64,000 bases of DNA from a bacterium (GCA_044869275.1 JBIOXB010000213.1:11075-75074), one strand, 5' to 3'. Numbered from the stretch's first letter, positions 1-9,927 are shown. The notes: generated by a model not told the origin, from the sequence alone. Made by a program: numbers and translations.

Positions 1-23
1 CTTTCATCTGCGAACCCAAATGT

Positions 24-70
24 GACGCGGAGCGCCAATCATGCGTCACGACGTGGAACGTCGTGACGAG
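24..70 (-). repeat. REP-like hairpin element (CTCGT-type)
   Basis: Perfect 11-bp stem CGTCACGACGT-GGA-ACGTCGTGACG (44-68) preceded by GACGCGGAGCGCC; same layout as 8075-8124 in the opposite orientation. Confidence 0.7.
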
Positions 71-91
71 TAGCTGAAAGCAATGAGTGAC

Positions 92-145
92 TTCGCAGAT
101 TTTCGCAGAGGTGCACCCATCTGCAAAAATCTGCGAAATCTGCGG
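92..145. repeat. Inverted short-unit array (TTCGCAGAT / ATCTGCGAA)
   Basis: Two TTCGCAGA units followed by three ATCTGC(A/G) units. Confidence 0.75.
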
Positions 146-232
146 ACTGATGATCTTCAATGATTTTCTTCTTTGGGCCAGGGCGAGCAGTAACTGGAAC
201 TTTAGGATGAATCTTTCAGGAGTGATGTTATC

Positions 233-1894
233 ATGCGCGTGCATCTCAGGATGAACTCCGTGCTGGAGAGGAGCAATCTTTTCATTCAAATCGCCTGCCT
301 CTGCGTGATGTTCGGCGTTTTGATTCTCATGATGTTTTCCGCTTCGGGCTGCAAATCCAACAACATGCCCACCAGCTCCGTGCCCACCAATACTCCGGTG
401 TTGACCGTGCAAGACGTGCAAACCCTCATGGCACAGGCCGTGGAACAAGCGGTGCGCCTCAATGAAAAAATCAACGTCGCCGTGCTCGACCGCGAGGGAA
501 ATATTCTCGGTGTCTTTCGCATGACCGGCGTGCAGCCCATCGCCGCGGCAGCGCAATCCTTGTTCGGCGAAATTGCCAAAGCCCGCACCGCGGCCTATGC
601 CAGCAGCAATCAAAATGCGTTCACGACTTTGACCGGTTGCTACATCACGCGCAGCCATTTTCCGCCGGTAGCCGTCTCCAACAACACACCGGCCGGCCCG
701 TTGTTCGGTGTGCCGTTTTCGCAGCGCAGCGACAGCGACATTCAACCCAACGGCGGCCCGTTGCCTCCGCTGGGTCCGGCGCAACCGCCCGCGCCCCCAC
801 AGCCGGGATTGACCAACATTCCCGGCGGCGTGCCGGTTTATAAAAACGGCCGGCTTGCAGGTGGATTGGGTATCAGTGGTGGCTCGGATACGTTTACGCT
901 GCTGGGCCCCATCAACGATGTTTGCGCCGGCGTCACCAAAGACGAAATCATCGCGCTCGGGGCTTTGGGCGGTTATGCTACGCCCTCGGGCATTCGTAGC
1001 GATGTGATCTTGCTCGACGGTATTGCACTGCTTTATCAAAACGCGGCCACGCCGCCGGGAAACTTCACCTTTCAATTTTTGGATCTGGCACAATACGGCG
1101 CGGTCGATCCGAATTTCCCCATTCGCCAAACGCCGCCGGCAAATTTTCCCATGCAGGGCCCGGTGGTGTGGAACAACGGCCAGTTTGATTTCAGCCCGCG
1201 CGCCGGGCAAGTGTTGACGCAAGCCGATGTGCAGCAGATTCTCACCAACGCCGTGAATCGTGCGAATAATACGCGCGCCGCCATCCGGCAGCCGGTGGGC
1301 AGCGCCGCGCGCGTGTTCATCGCGGTCTGCGATCTGAACGGCATGATTCTCGGCATGTGGCGTACGCCGGAAGCCACGATGTTCAGCTATGACGTCTCGG
1401 CGCAAAAGGCGCGCACCTCCGTGGCTTTTAGCGATCCGAATGACGGCATGGGCATGCTGCTGCGCAGTTGGCTGGGTTTGCCGGCGGGCACGCCGCTGGC
1501 CGCGACCACGCGCGCCATTGGGTTTTTGAGCCAGCGCTATTATCCGCCGGGCCAGGATCAAGGCACGCCGTTGAGCACCATGCCGCAGTCCATGGGGCCG
1601 ATGTATCTGTATGTTGACGGCCAATTCGATTTTCAATACATGCGCCTGCTGCAAACGCGCCCGCCGTTCCAAAACGGCATTCAGATTTTTCCGGGCGGCA
1701 TCCCGCTGTATAAAAACGGCCAGCTTGCCGGCGGCATCGGCGTGAGCGGCGACGGCGTGGATCAGGACGATTATGTCGCGGCAGGCGGCACGCTCGGCTT
1801 CGAAGCGCCGGCAAACATTCGTGCCGATCAATTTGCTTACAAAAACGCGAATCTGCCTTACCTCAAATTTCCGCGCCGGCCGAATCTGAATTAG
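233..1894 (+). CDS. Tandem GlcG/HbpS-like (heme-binding family) domain protein, probable lipoprotein; exact start uncertain
   Basis: Two copies of the GlcG signature: VAVLDREG...AKARTA...PGGVPVYKNGRLAGGLGISG and IAVCDLNG...QKARTS...PGGIPLYKNGQLAGGIGVSG..D; hydrophobic N-terminus ending SASG-C. Confidence 0.8.
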   Translation: MRVHLRMNSVLERSNLFIQIACLCVMFGVLILMMFSASGCKSNNMPTSSVPTNTPVLTVQDVQTLMAQAVEQAVRLNEKINVAVLDREGNILGVFRMTGVQPIAAAAQSLFGEIAKARTAAYASSNQNAFTTLTGCYITRSHFPPVAVSNNTPAGPLFGVPFSQRSDSDIQPNGGPLPPLGPAQPPAPPQPGLTNIPGGVPVYKNGRLAGGLGISGGSDTFTLLGPINDVCAGVTKDEIIALGALGGYATPSGIRSDVILLDGIALLYQNAATPPGNFTFQFLDLAQYGAVDPNFPIRQTPPANFPMQGPVVWNNGQFDFSPRAGQVLTQADVQQILTNAVNRANNTRAAIRQPVGSAARVFIAVCDLNGMILGMWRTPEATMFSYDVSAQKARTSVAFSDPNDGMGMLLRSWLGLPAGTPLAATTRAIGFLSQRYYPPGQDQGTPLSTMPQSMGPMYLYVDGQFDFQYMRLLQTRPPFQNGIQIFPGGIPLYKNGQLAGGIGVSGDGVDQDDYVAAGGTLGFEAPANIRADQFAYKNANLPYLKFPRRPNLN

Positions 1895-1951
1895 TGCTCG
1901 TTCCGCCCAAGCTGGAATCGAATTTTTGGAGTTTGTCATTCAGTGGGAATC

Positions 1952-2064
1952 AGACTGTGTGAAAACGCTTGGTTTCAACGCCGGCTGAGCTTGTCGAAGC
2001 CGGATTTTTTGAGCTTAGCACCCTTCGACAAGCTCAGGGTGCGGCATTCCCAAGTTTCCACAAA
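1952..2064 (+). mobile_element. MITE-like element copy 1 (right end decayed)
   Basis: Near-identical to 3995-4110; begins AGACTGTGTGAAAAC after GAATC; internal CTGAGCTTGTCGAAG/CTTCGACAAGCTCAG inverted pair. Confidence 0.75.
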
Positions 2065-2085
2065 ATGATTTGCGTATCAGGAAAT

Positions 2086-3921
2086 ATGCCGAATAAATTT
2101 TGGTGTCGCGTGCTGTGGAGTGGTGTGTGCGCATTGCTGTTGTTTTGTGAATCTGCCTGGAGCCAGGCCGCCCGTGATAGTTCCGCTGTGAACAGGAGAA
2201 ACGCTGCGATTGAGCGAACGCGCCAGCAGAAGCGCAGCAAGGCCTCTGCGCCGCGGCGCTCCAAGGCCGTGCGTCCGGCTAGGCGTGATTCCACGGCAAC
2301 GTCACAGGAAAAAACGAGCGCAGCGGCAGCACCGGCTGCTGCGCAACGCAACGCCGGCGCGGTGCCGGATTTCGTGCCGCTCACCGACCGTTGGGAAGGC
2401 ATCACGCCGCCGCCTTACGAGCTGAATGTCAAGGGCAAGTGGTACGATCCCTACAATCAGAACAAGCTCAAGGGTGATTATCCGATTCTGGGCCAGAACA
2501 CTTTTCTGCTTTTGACGGCCAGTTCGGAAAGTTTTGCCGAGGCCGCGCGTGTGCCCACGCCCAGCGGCATAAGCACGAACAATCCGGTGAGCACGAATTT
2601 TTTCGGCAACGGCGATCGCATACTGCTGTCGCAGTTTTTCCGTTTGAGCTTGGAATTGTATCACGGCCAGGTCGCGTTCCGCCCGCGCGATTGGGAAATC
2701 CGATTCACCGGTGCATACAATCGCAACTATCTTGATTTGCGCGAGAACAACGCCGTCAACATCAATCCCGCCAGCGGGTCCGACCGCTACGACCGCCAAT
2801 TCGCGCTGCAGGAATTGTCCCTGGAGAAGCGTCTGCTCGATCTCAGCGAGCATTTTGATTTCGTGTCGCTGCGCGTGGGCATTCAACGGTTCAGCAGCGA
2901 TTTTCGCGGTTTTATTTTCAACGACTTCAACTTGGGCGCGCGATTGTTCGGCAGCTTCGCTTCCAACCGTTACCAATACAATCTCGCCTATTTTGGCATG
3001 CTCGAAAAGGATACCAACAGCGAATTGAATACCGTCTTCGATGATCGCACGCAGGAAGTCTATGTTGCGAATTTGTACAAGCAGGATTTGTTCACGCTGG
3101 GCTATACCGGGCAAGTCAGCTTTCACTATAACAAAGATCGCGCGAGCACTTACAACGACGACAACAATTTTCCCGTGCGCCCGGCGATCATCGGTACTTC
3201 ACGGCCGCACGAGATCAACGCCTATTACCTCGGCTGGACCGGCGACGGGCATTTCGGCAGATTCAACGTGAATCACGCGCTCTATCAAGTTTTTGGGTAT
3301 GACACCTTCAACTCGCTGGCGAATCAACGCACCACCATCAACGCGCAAATGGCGGCGCTCGAGCTTTCATATGACGTCGATTGGAAACGCTACCGCGTTT
3401 CCGCGCTCTACGCTTCGGGCGATCCCAATCCCCTCAACGGCTCGGCGAACGGTTTTGACGCGATCGTCGAACAGCCCTTCTTTGCCGGTGGGCCGTTCAG
3501 CTATTGGAACGTGCAAGCGATTGGCTTGTTGGGCGTGCGCCTGGTGAATCGACTGAGCCCGTTTCCCGATTTGACCCCGAGCAAGACTGAAGGCCAGGCG
3601 AATTTCGTCAATCCCGGCATCATGATTTTCAACGCGGCGTTCGATGCGGAAGTCACACCCAAGATCAAATTGATTCTCAACTCGAGCTATTTGCGCTTCG
3701 CCAACACGGCGCCTTTGCAACAGTTTTTGAATCAACCGGCGATTCGCAACGACATCGGCATCGACTATGGCCTGGGCATTATCTATCGTCCGTTTTTGAA
3801 CAACAACGTCAATTTTACCCTGTCGGCGACGGGACTGACCCCGCTCGGCGGATTTCAGGATCTCTACGACACCAAGCAGACACAGTACACGATTTTTTCG
3901 ACGCTGGTGTTGACGTATTGA
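2086..3921 (+). CDS. Putative outer-membrane beta-barrel protein
   Basis: Signal peptide (..CESAWS-QA), long run of amphipathic alternating strands, C-terminal aromatic motif FSTLVLTY; start moved to ATG 2086 because the upstream ORF part is the MITE. Confidence 0.65.
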   Translation: MPNKFWCRVLWSGVCALLLFCESAWSQAARDSSAVNRRNAAIERTRQQKRSKASAPRRSKAVRPARRDSTATSQEKTSAAAAPAAAQRNAGAVPDFVPLTDRWEGITPPPYELNVKGKWYDPYNQNKLKGDYPILGQNTFLLLTASSESFAEAARVPTPSGISTNNPVSTNFFGNGDRILLSQFFRLSLELYHGQVAFRPRDWEIRFTGAYNRNYLDLRENNAVNINPASGSDRYDRQFALQELSLEKRLLDLSEHFDFVSLRVGIQRFSSDFRGFIFNDFNLGARLFGSFASNRYQYNLAYFGMLEKDTNSELNTVFDDRTQEVYVANLYKQDLFTLGYTGQVSFHYNKDRASTYNDDNNFPVRPAIIGTSRPHEINAYYLGWTGDGHFGRFNVNHALYQVFGYDTFNSLANQRTTINAQMAALELSYDVDWKRYRVSALYASGDPNPLNGSANGFDAIVEQPFFAGGPFSYWNVQAIGLLGVRLVNRLSPFPDLTPSKTEGQANFVNPGIMIFNAAFDAEVTPKIKLILNSSYLRFANTAPLQQFLNQPAIRNDIGIDYGLGIIYRPFLNNNVNFTLSATGLTPLGGFQDLYDTKQTQYTIFSTLVLTY

Positions 3922-3994
3922 GGTTGGATGCTGGTTACTGATTACTGGTGTTCGCAGGTGGAGTTCTACTCTGCAAATGTCATTTGTAAGAATC

Positions 3995-4110
3995 AGACTG
4001 TGTGAAAACGCTTGGTTCAACGCCGGCTGAGCTTGTCGAAGCCGGATTTCTTGAACTTAGCACCCTTCGACAAGCTCAGGGTGCGGCATTCCCATGTTTT
4101 CACACAGTCT
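3995..4110 (+). mobile_element. MITE-like element copy 2 (complete)
   Basis: Perfect 15-bp terminal inverted repeats AGACTGTGTGAAAAC / GTTTTCACACAGTCT, flanked on both sides by GAATC (3990-3994, 4111-4115). Confidence 0.85.
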
Positions 4111-4324
4111 GAATCTTGGTAAGCATTGAGCACAATACTCAAATGAACCACTATTAGTATGAAGATCGGTTCTTGTTCGAAGGCCTGGAGCGAGAACATT
4201 TCAACCGTTAACCCAATCCAATCATAGAAATGAATGGGCCCCAAAATGGCGATCTGCGCTAGGACGGAGACCATCCTAATGAGATGGCAACCGAGATGAA
4301 TCTAAATCAGGACGATTTTGGATC

Positions 4325-7300
4325 ATGAAATTTAACATAAACACTTTTCTGATCTTATTGTTTACCGCGCCACTTTTTGCACAAACCGATATTGCCCGCC
4401 AATCCCAAGCCGAGGCCGATCGCAAGAGCAAAGGCTGCCTCACCTGCCACACCGGCATCGAGAGCATGCACAAGGCAACTTCGGTAAAACTGGGCTGCGT
4501 GGATTGCCACCTTGGCAACCCCGAAGGCTTGACGCGCGAAGAAGCGCACGTCAAGCCGCGCTTTCCCGAGCGCTGGCCCACGGCGGCGAATCCCGAGCGT
4601 ACCTTTTCTTTGTTGAATGACGAGAGCCCTGATTTCATTCAGTTCATCAATCCCGGTGATCTACGTGCCGCCGAGCGCGCTTGTGGCGCTTGCCACGCCG
4701 CGCAGGTGTTGAGCGTGCGCAAAAGCATGATGACGACTTCGACGCTGCTGTGGGGAGGCGCGGCGTACAACAACGGCATTCTTCCGCTCAAAAATTATGT
4801 TCTCGGCGAAAGCTACAGCCGCGAGGGCCAGCCGCAGATGATCAACACCGTACCGCCGCCCACAGCCGAAGAGAAGTTGAAAAAAGGCGTGCTGCCCTTC
4901 ATCGTGCCTTTGCCGCGCTGGGAAATCACCCAGCCGGGAGACAACTTTCGCAGCTTTGAGCGCGGCGGCCGCTTGCCGCGCATCAATCCTTCGGATATCG
5001 GCATTCCGAATCCCTTGGAAGAACCGGGCCGTCCCGACAACAAACTCAGCGATCGCGGCTTGGGCACGCAATTGCTCATCAGCTCGCCGGTGTTGAATCT
5101 GCAAAAGACGCGATTGAACGATCCCCATCTTTCGTTCCTGGGCACGAATGATCATTCCGGCGACTATCGTTCGAGCGGGTGCAGCTCCTGCCACGTGGTT
5201 TATGCCAACGATCGCTCGCCCGTGCACTCCGGGCCGTATGCGAAATATGGCAATCGCGGCTTCACCGTCACGGAGGATAAAAACATTTCCACGAAAGAAT
5301 CCGGCCATCCGTTGCTGCATCAATTTACGCGCGCGATTCCCACGAGCCAGTGCATGACCTGCCACATGCATCAGCCCAACGGCTTCATCAATACCTTTCT
5401 CGGATTTCAGATGTGGGATTATGAAAGCGACGGAAAGTGGATGTATCCGCCGCGTGAAGTTGAGCTCACGTCGGCGGAAAAGTTCGCACGCCTCGACGCC
5501 AACCCCGAAGAAGCGGTATTGCGCGGCAATTGGGGCGATCCGGATTTCCTGCGCAGCGTGGCAAAATTGAATCCCAAGCTCAAGAACACGCAGTTTGCGG
5601 ACTATCACGGCCACGGCTGGATTTTCCGCGCGGTGTTCAAGAAGGATCGTAAAGGCAATTTGCTCGATAAGGATGATAAAATCATCCCGCCGGAATCGCG
5701 GCACAAGTTTCACGGAGTGGTGCCGCTGGAGGACGGCGAAAATGATATTTGTAACGACAATTGCCGCGACGCGCAAAAAGCCGTGCATTTGAAGGACATT
5801 CACGCGGAAAAAGGCATGCACTGCGTCGATTGCCATTTCGAGCAGGACAACCACGGCAATGGCAAGCTCTACGGCGAGTTTCACAATGCCATTGAAGTGC
5901 GCTGCCAGGATTGCCACGGCAACGTGTTGCAAGCCGCGACGCTGCGCACCTCCAACAACGCCGCGTCCGCGGGCGGTACGAATTTGCTCGAGACCTTTAC
6001 GCCGTTCGGGGAAAGGCGTTTTGTCAAGCGCGGCGACCGCATCATGCAACGCTCGATGGTCACCGATACCTTGATGTGGGAAGTGCCGCAAGTGGTTGAC
6101 ATCGTCAATCCCGAATCGAAGCATTACAATGCCAAAGCGGCCGCCGCCAAGCTCGTGGCCACCGGCGGCGGCGAATGGGCGCGGCCCATGGCCGCGGCGC
6201 TGCTCGCGCACGGGGACAGCAAAATGGAATGCTACACCTGCCACACCTCGTGGGTGACGAACTGCTTCGGCTGCCATTTGCCGCAGCAGGCCAATTGGAA
6301 AAAGGAAATGAATCACTTCGAGGGCGAGGAGTCGCGCAATTGGACCACGTATAATCCGCAAGTGTTGCGCGACGACGGTTTCATGCTCGGCATCAGCGGC
6401 AGCACGAAGGGGAATAAAGTCCTGCCGGCGCGTTCTTCCAGCGCTATCATGCTCAGCTCGCGCAACGCCAATCGCGAGCAGATTTACAACCAGCAAGCGC
6501 CGATCTCCGCCCCGGGTTACAGCAGCCAGGCGTTCAACACGCACATGCCGCACACGGTGCGCGCCACCGAGACGCGCACGTGCAGCGATTGCCATCTTTC
6601 CGAAAAGAATGACAACAACGCGTGGCTGGCGCAAGTGCTGTTGCAGGGCACCAACTTCGTTAACTTTATCGGTAAGTATGCTTACGTCGGGCTGGGCAAA
6701 GACGGCGTGGAAGCCGTACAAGTGGCCGAAGGCGAGGAGCCGCAAGCGGTGATTGGAAGCTATTTGCACAGGCTCGCTTTTCGTGAAGATTATCAAAAGC
6801 ACGTCAGGAATCGCAAGCAGCTGGAAACGGCCTATCATCACGGCGGCTCGAACATTCAAAGCCTGCAATTACGTGGCGAGTATTTGTACACGGCCAATGG
6901 CGAGGATGGTTTGCGCGTGTATGACGTGGCCAACATCGACAACAAGGGATTTTCCGAGAGAATCGTTTCAGCACCGGTTTCGCCGTTTGGGCAGGATACG
7001 CAAGTAGACACCAAATTCGCGACGGCGGTGGCCTTGCCGACGAACATGCCGGTGGATACAGATCGCGAATACCGGCCCGAAAACCAAGAGCAGGGGCCGC
7101 TGCATCCTCTGTATAGTTACGCCTATGTCACTGACAAGTTTGAAGGCTTGATTCTCGTGGATGTAATGACACTGGTGGACAATAATCCGCGCAACAACTT
7201 TTTGGAACGCAAGCTGGCGTTCAATCCCAGAGGCGCGTTGAACGGCGCGGTGAATCTGGCGCTCGCCGGCAACTACGCCTATGTTCTTTGCGACGCCGGC

Positions 7301-8014
7301 CTGGTGATCGTGAGCATTGCCGAGCCGTTAAAGCCCAAGATCGTGGCGAAAGTGGAAACCCCGCTGCTCAAGAAGCCGAAAGCAATTGCGATCCAATTCC
7401 GCTATGCCTTTGTGTGCGATATGGAAGGCTTAAAGGTGATCGAGGTCACTTCTCCGGAAAATCCGCAGTTGGTGAAAGGCAGTTTCGTGCCGTTGAAAGA
7501 GGCGTATGACGTCTATGTCGCGCGCACGTATGCATATGTCGCCGCGGGCAGGCAAGGCCTGGTGATCATCAACGCCGAAAATCCCGAAGCCCTGCGCCTC
7601 GATCAAGTTTATAATTACGGCAAACGCCTCAACGACGCGCGCGGGGTGAAAGTCGGCGCGGCGTATGCGAGCATCTTTGCGTACGTTGCCGACGGCCGCA
7701 ACGGCCTGCGCGTGATTCAACTGCTATCGCCGGACAATCCCGCGTACCTCGGCTTCAGCCCGCGGCCGCAGCCGCGCTTGATTGCGACCCATCACACCCA
7801 CGGTCCGGCCCTGGCCGTTTCCAAAGGCATGGATCGCGACCGCGCTGTTGACGAAAGCGGCAACCAAGTGAGTGTTTTCGGCAGGCTCGGCTCACGGCCT
7901 TTCACGCTCGAAGAGCAGCGCCGCCTGTATCTGCGCGATGGCAAAATCTGGAGGGTCTCGGATGATTTTTGGAAGAAGAAGGAGGCGCCGCCGCAGACGA
8001 GCCGGACGGAGTAG
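4325..8014 (+). CDS. Secreted multiheme c-type cytochrome (10 CxxCH) with C-terminal LVIVD-type beta-propeller
   Basis: Signal peptide ..APLFA-Q; CLTCH, CVDCH, CGACH, CSSCH, CMTCH, CVDCH, CQDCH, CYTCH, CFGCH, CSDCH; repeats such as YLYTANGEDGLRVYDV, YAYVAAGRQGLVIIN, FAYVADGRNGLRVIQL. Confidence 0.9.
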   Translation: MKFNINTFLILLFTAPLFAQTDIARQSQAEADRKSKGCLTCHTGIESMHKATSVKLGCVDCHLGNPEGLTREEAHVKPRFPERWPTAANPERTFSLLNDESPDFIQFINPGDLRAAERACGACHAAQVLSVRKSMMTTSTLLWGGAAYNNGILPLKNYVLGESYSREGQPQMINTVPPPTAEEKLKKGVLPFIVPLPRWEITQPGDNFRSFERGGRLPRINPSDIGIPNPLEEPGRPDNKLSDRGLGTQLLISSPVLNLQKTRLNDPHLSFLGTNDHSGDYRSSGCSSCHVVYANDRSPVHSGPYAKYGNRGFTVTEDKNISTKESGHPLLHQFTRAIPTSQCMTCHMHQPNGFINTFLGFQMWDYESDGKWMYPPREVELTSAEKFARLDANPEEAVLRGNWGDPDFLRSVAKLNPKLKNTQFADYHGHGWIFRAVFKKDRKGNLLDKDDKIIPPESRHKFHGVVPLEDGENDICNDNCRDAQKAVHLKDIHAEKGMHCVDCHFEQDNHGNGKLYGEFHNAIEVRCQDCHGNVLQAATLRTSNNAASAGGTNLLETFTPFGERRFVKRGDRIMQRSMVTDTLMWEVPQVVDIVNPESKHYNAKAAAAKLVATGGGEWARPMAAALLAHGDSKMECYTCHTSWVTNCFGCHLPQQANWKKEMNHFEGEESRNWTTYNPQVLRDDGFMLGISGSTKGNKVLPARSSSAIMLSSRNANREQIYNQQAPISAPGYSSQAFNTHMPHTVRATETRTCSDCHLSEKNDNNAWLAQVLLQGTNFVNFIGKYAYVGLGKDGVEAVQVAEGEEPQAVIGSYLHRLAFREDYQKHVRNRKQLETAYHHGGSNIQSLQLRGEYLYTANGEDGLRVYDVANIDNKGFSERIVSAPVSPFGQDTQVDTKFATAVALPTNMPVDTDREYRPENQEQGPLHPLYSYAYVTDKFEGLILVDVMTLVDNNPRNNFLERKLAFNPRGALNGAVNLALAGNYAYVLCDAGLVIVSIAEPLKPKIVAKVETPLLKKPKAIAIQFRYAFVCDMEGLKVIEVTSPENPQLVKGSFVPLKEAYDVYVARTYAYVAAGRQGLVIINAENPEALRLDQVYNYGKRLNDARGVKVGAAYASIFAYVADGRNGLRVIQLLSPDNPAYLGFSPRPQPRLIATHHTHGPALAVSKGMDRDRAVDESGNQVSVFGRLGSRPFTLEEQRRLYLRDGKIWRVSDDFWKKKEAPPQTSRTE

Positions 8015-8028
8015 GGGGGAGTGTAAAC

Positions 8029-8065
8029 GAAGATTGAAGATTGAGGATGGAAGATCGTAGAATCG
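8029..8065. repeat. Degenerate 7-nt tandem array (GAAGATT)
   Basis: GAAGATT GAAGATT GAGGATG GAAGATC GTAGAATCG. Confidence 0.6.
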
Positions 8066-8074
8066 GTTGGCAGA

Positions 8075-8124
8075 CTCGTTCCGGCGATCTTCGCCGGAAT
8101 GCCTTGGGGGACGCTCTGCGTCCC
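8075..8124 (+). repeat. REP-like hairpin element (CTCGT-type)
   Basis: CTCGTTCCGGCGA-TCT-TCGCCGGAATGC followed by second hairpin GGGACGC-TCT-GCGTCCC. Confidence 0.7.
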
Positions 8125-8796
8125 GTGTTTGTGTTGGACCAAAAAATGACACAAAACATTCGAGGCAGAGCATCAAAAAGACATTAGCGCGCTGAACGTG
8201 GTAACAAGAAGATCCCCGTACGCAATTTTCAAAGTCGTCAATGTGGCAAAATTTTCTTGTTAGTTATTTGAACACGGATCGCGAGGATTAAACTGATTGA
8301 TACGGATATGTGAAGAGCAAATCGGCTAAAATTTGTTGAATTAGCGTTAGGAAATCAACAATGAACGAAAAAGAAAAACTGGCCGTTCTAAGGAGAGTTT
8401 AGCGGAGCGAATACTCCGGAGCAGCGTACTTCCGTGGTGCCCTCTGCTAGTCTTACAAACCAGACGGTCCCAAAGACCGAGAAAGAGGGTGACATGATGA
8501 AAGTAAAAAACAATATGGATGCTTCCCATTTACACATTAATTGGAAACACCTTTTCCTGACGGTCTTGCACCTTGTGTATTTCTTTTGTCGGCCTCAAGT
8601 GACAAATTCATTACAGTAAAGGGCACCGCCGCGGCGCTGCCCTAAATTCTATCTTCATTTGGTACGGAAACGCGAAAGGGCGCAAGACTCGAAGTTTTTC
8701 GCTCCGTTCGACGTTAATGCGAATACGCTAACGCTATACGACTTTGTTAAGTGTTATTCGATTCACTGATTTAGTCTTAAGCTATTTAAGTAGTAT

Positions 8797-9333
8797 ATGA
8801 ATCTCGCAGAAAAACTTTCAGCAACATACCTTCGGCTCAATGGCTTCCTGTTACTTCCTCATTTTACGGTTTTTACTGGGCAGCAACACACCCACCTAGA
8901 CTTGATTGGCTTACGCGTCGCAAATTCTAAAGAACTGGTTGGTGATTTTACGCTACCAATAGACAATGAGTTGTTTAGCGTTCTGACCAGGCTTCGTGGT
9001 CATGATGCTCTTACGTCCATTATTGGTGTTGCAGCAGAAGTTCGTACTAACGAATGCAGAGACGCGCCCAGTGATGAGCACATACATTACATACAAAATT
9101 TTTTCGGCGGAATTACTGTTTCTCGTTTGGCGTTTTTCGAAGGAAGCCATACAGTTAGCCAAAACGATAACGTGGTTGATATAGGCGTGCGTTATGCCGG
9201 CATATGGATTCAGCGCCGTGTCGATCAAATGAATAAACTCAGATTGACGAAGACCGGAAGTTGGAACTGGAGCGAATGTTTCCTCAGCGACCTACTTGTG
9301 TTACGTGCACTTGATCTTCTTAAGAAGGAATGA
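8797..9333 (+). CDS. Hypothetical protein, possible PD-(D/E)xK nuclease fold
   Basis: 178-aa AT-richer ORF; pattern AE....YLRLNGF...HLDLIGLR...AEVR resembles E / D / ExK nuclease motifs, with R in place of K. Confidence 0.5.
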   Translation: MNLAEKLSATYLRLNGFLLLPHFTVFTGQQHTHLDLIGLRVANSKELVGDFTLPIDNELFSVLTRLRGHDALTSIIGVAAEVRTNECRDAPSDEHIHYIQNFFGGITVSRLAFFEGSHTVSQNDNVVDIGVRYAGIWIQRRVDQMNKLRLTKTGSWNWSECFLSDLLVLRALDLLKKE

Positions 9334-9599
9334 ATCACCTGATATTGTTGGATTTGCACTCAACGGAGAAGCTGCGATTGGTCGAAGATCGCTGGGATGA
9401 TCTTGCCTCCATTACCGAGGCCGTACCTATTCATGAGTGGCAAACACAAGAACTGGCTTGCCGAGGAGCCAACCTCACGAGCAGTCCTGCATCGGCCCAT
9501 TCCTGTTTGAGGGCTGCAAGAGAAGTCAAGTGCAGGATTCACAGCCGCGATGGTCAGCAAATTGATGGTCGCTCCAGAAGCAAAGTAGGACAGATGTGA
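9330..9599 (+). pseudogene. Decayed addiction-module antitoxin (TIGR02574-like)
   Basis: L..TEKLRLVEDRWDDLA....VPIHEWQTQEL.R signature; C-terminus degenerate and running into the downstream toxin remnant. Confidence 0.65.
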
Positions 9600-9669
9600 A
9601 GCTTACAGATGGCGTGAAGATCGGCGGGAGGGATTAGAAGACGAATTCTCGAGGTGTATTGATGCTTGC
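9550..9669 (+). pseudogene. RelE/ParE toxin remnant
   Basis: Manual translation MVSKLMVAPEAK*DRCEAYRWREDRREGLEDEFSRCIDAC; in-frame TAG at 9586; similarity lost after ~40 codons. Confidence 0.65.
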
Positions 9670-9927
9670 TGGGAAGATTCTGTATTTCAGAACTGCCTTC
9701 CCTCAATTGCATCGCTTATTTACTTTCAGGTCTCTTTCAGCTCCCCTTACAAATCAACAATCTCTTCAAAGCTCCAATTGCTCCAAATAACTTCGTTCTT
9801 GAAGCAGCGTGCAGCCATATGAACAAAATATGCAGTTGTTATTTTTGCAAATGCTGCGTATCTTAGTTTTGTTTGTACCTAAAATGCTGTTGGAACGGAG
9901 AAGATTGTATCCTCACCGGTTTTGACA

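Noticed and set aside
1969..2085. N-terminal extension of the barrel ORF and ORF 4017-4274
   Set aside because: These are translations of the MITE (ELVEA, LRQAQG, FDKLS), not protein sequence
4661..6868. Long antisense ORFs (also 33810-35513, 61890-63494, 16660-17748, 47655-48758)
   Set aside because: Shadows of well-supported genes on the opposite strand in GC-rich DNA; no motifs
8347..8619. Small ORFs 8434-8619 and 8347-8529
   Set aside because: Short, no motif and no clear ribosome-binding site; cannot be supported
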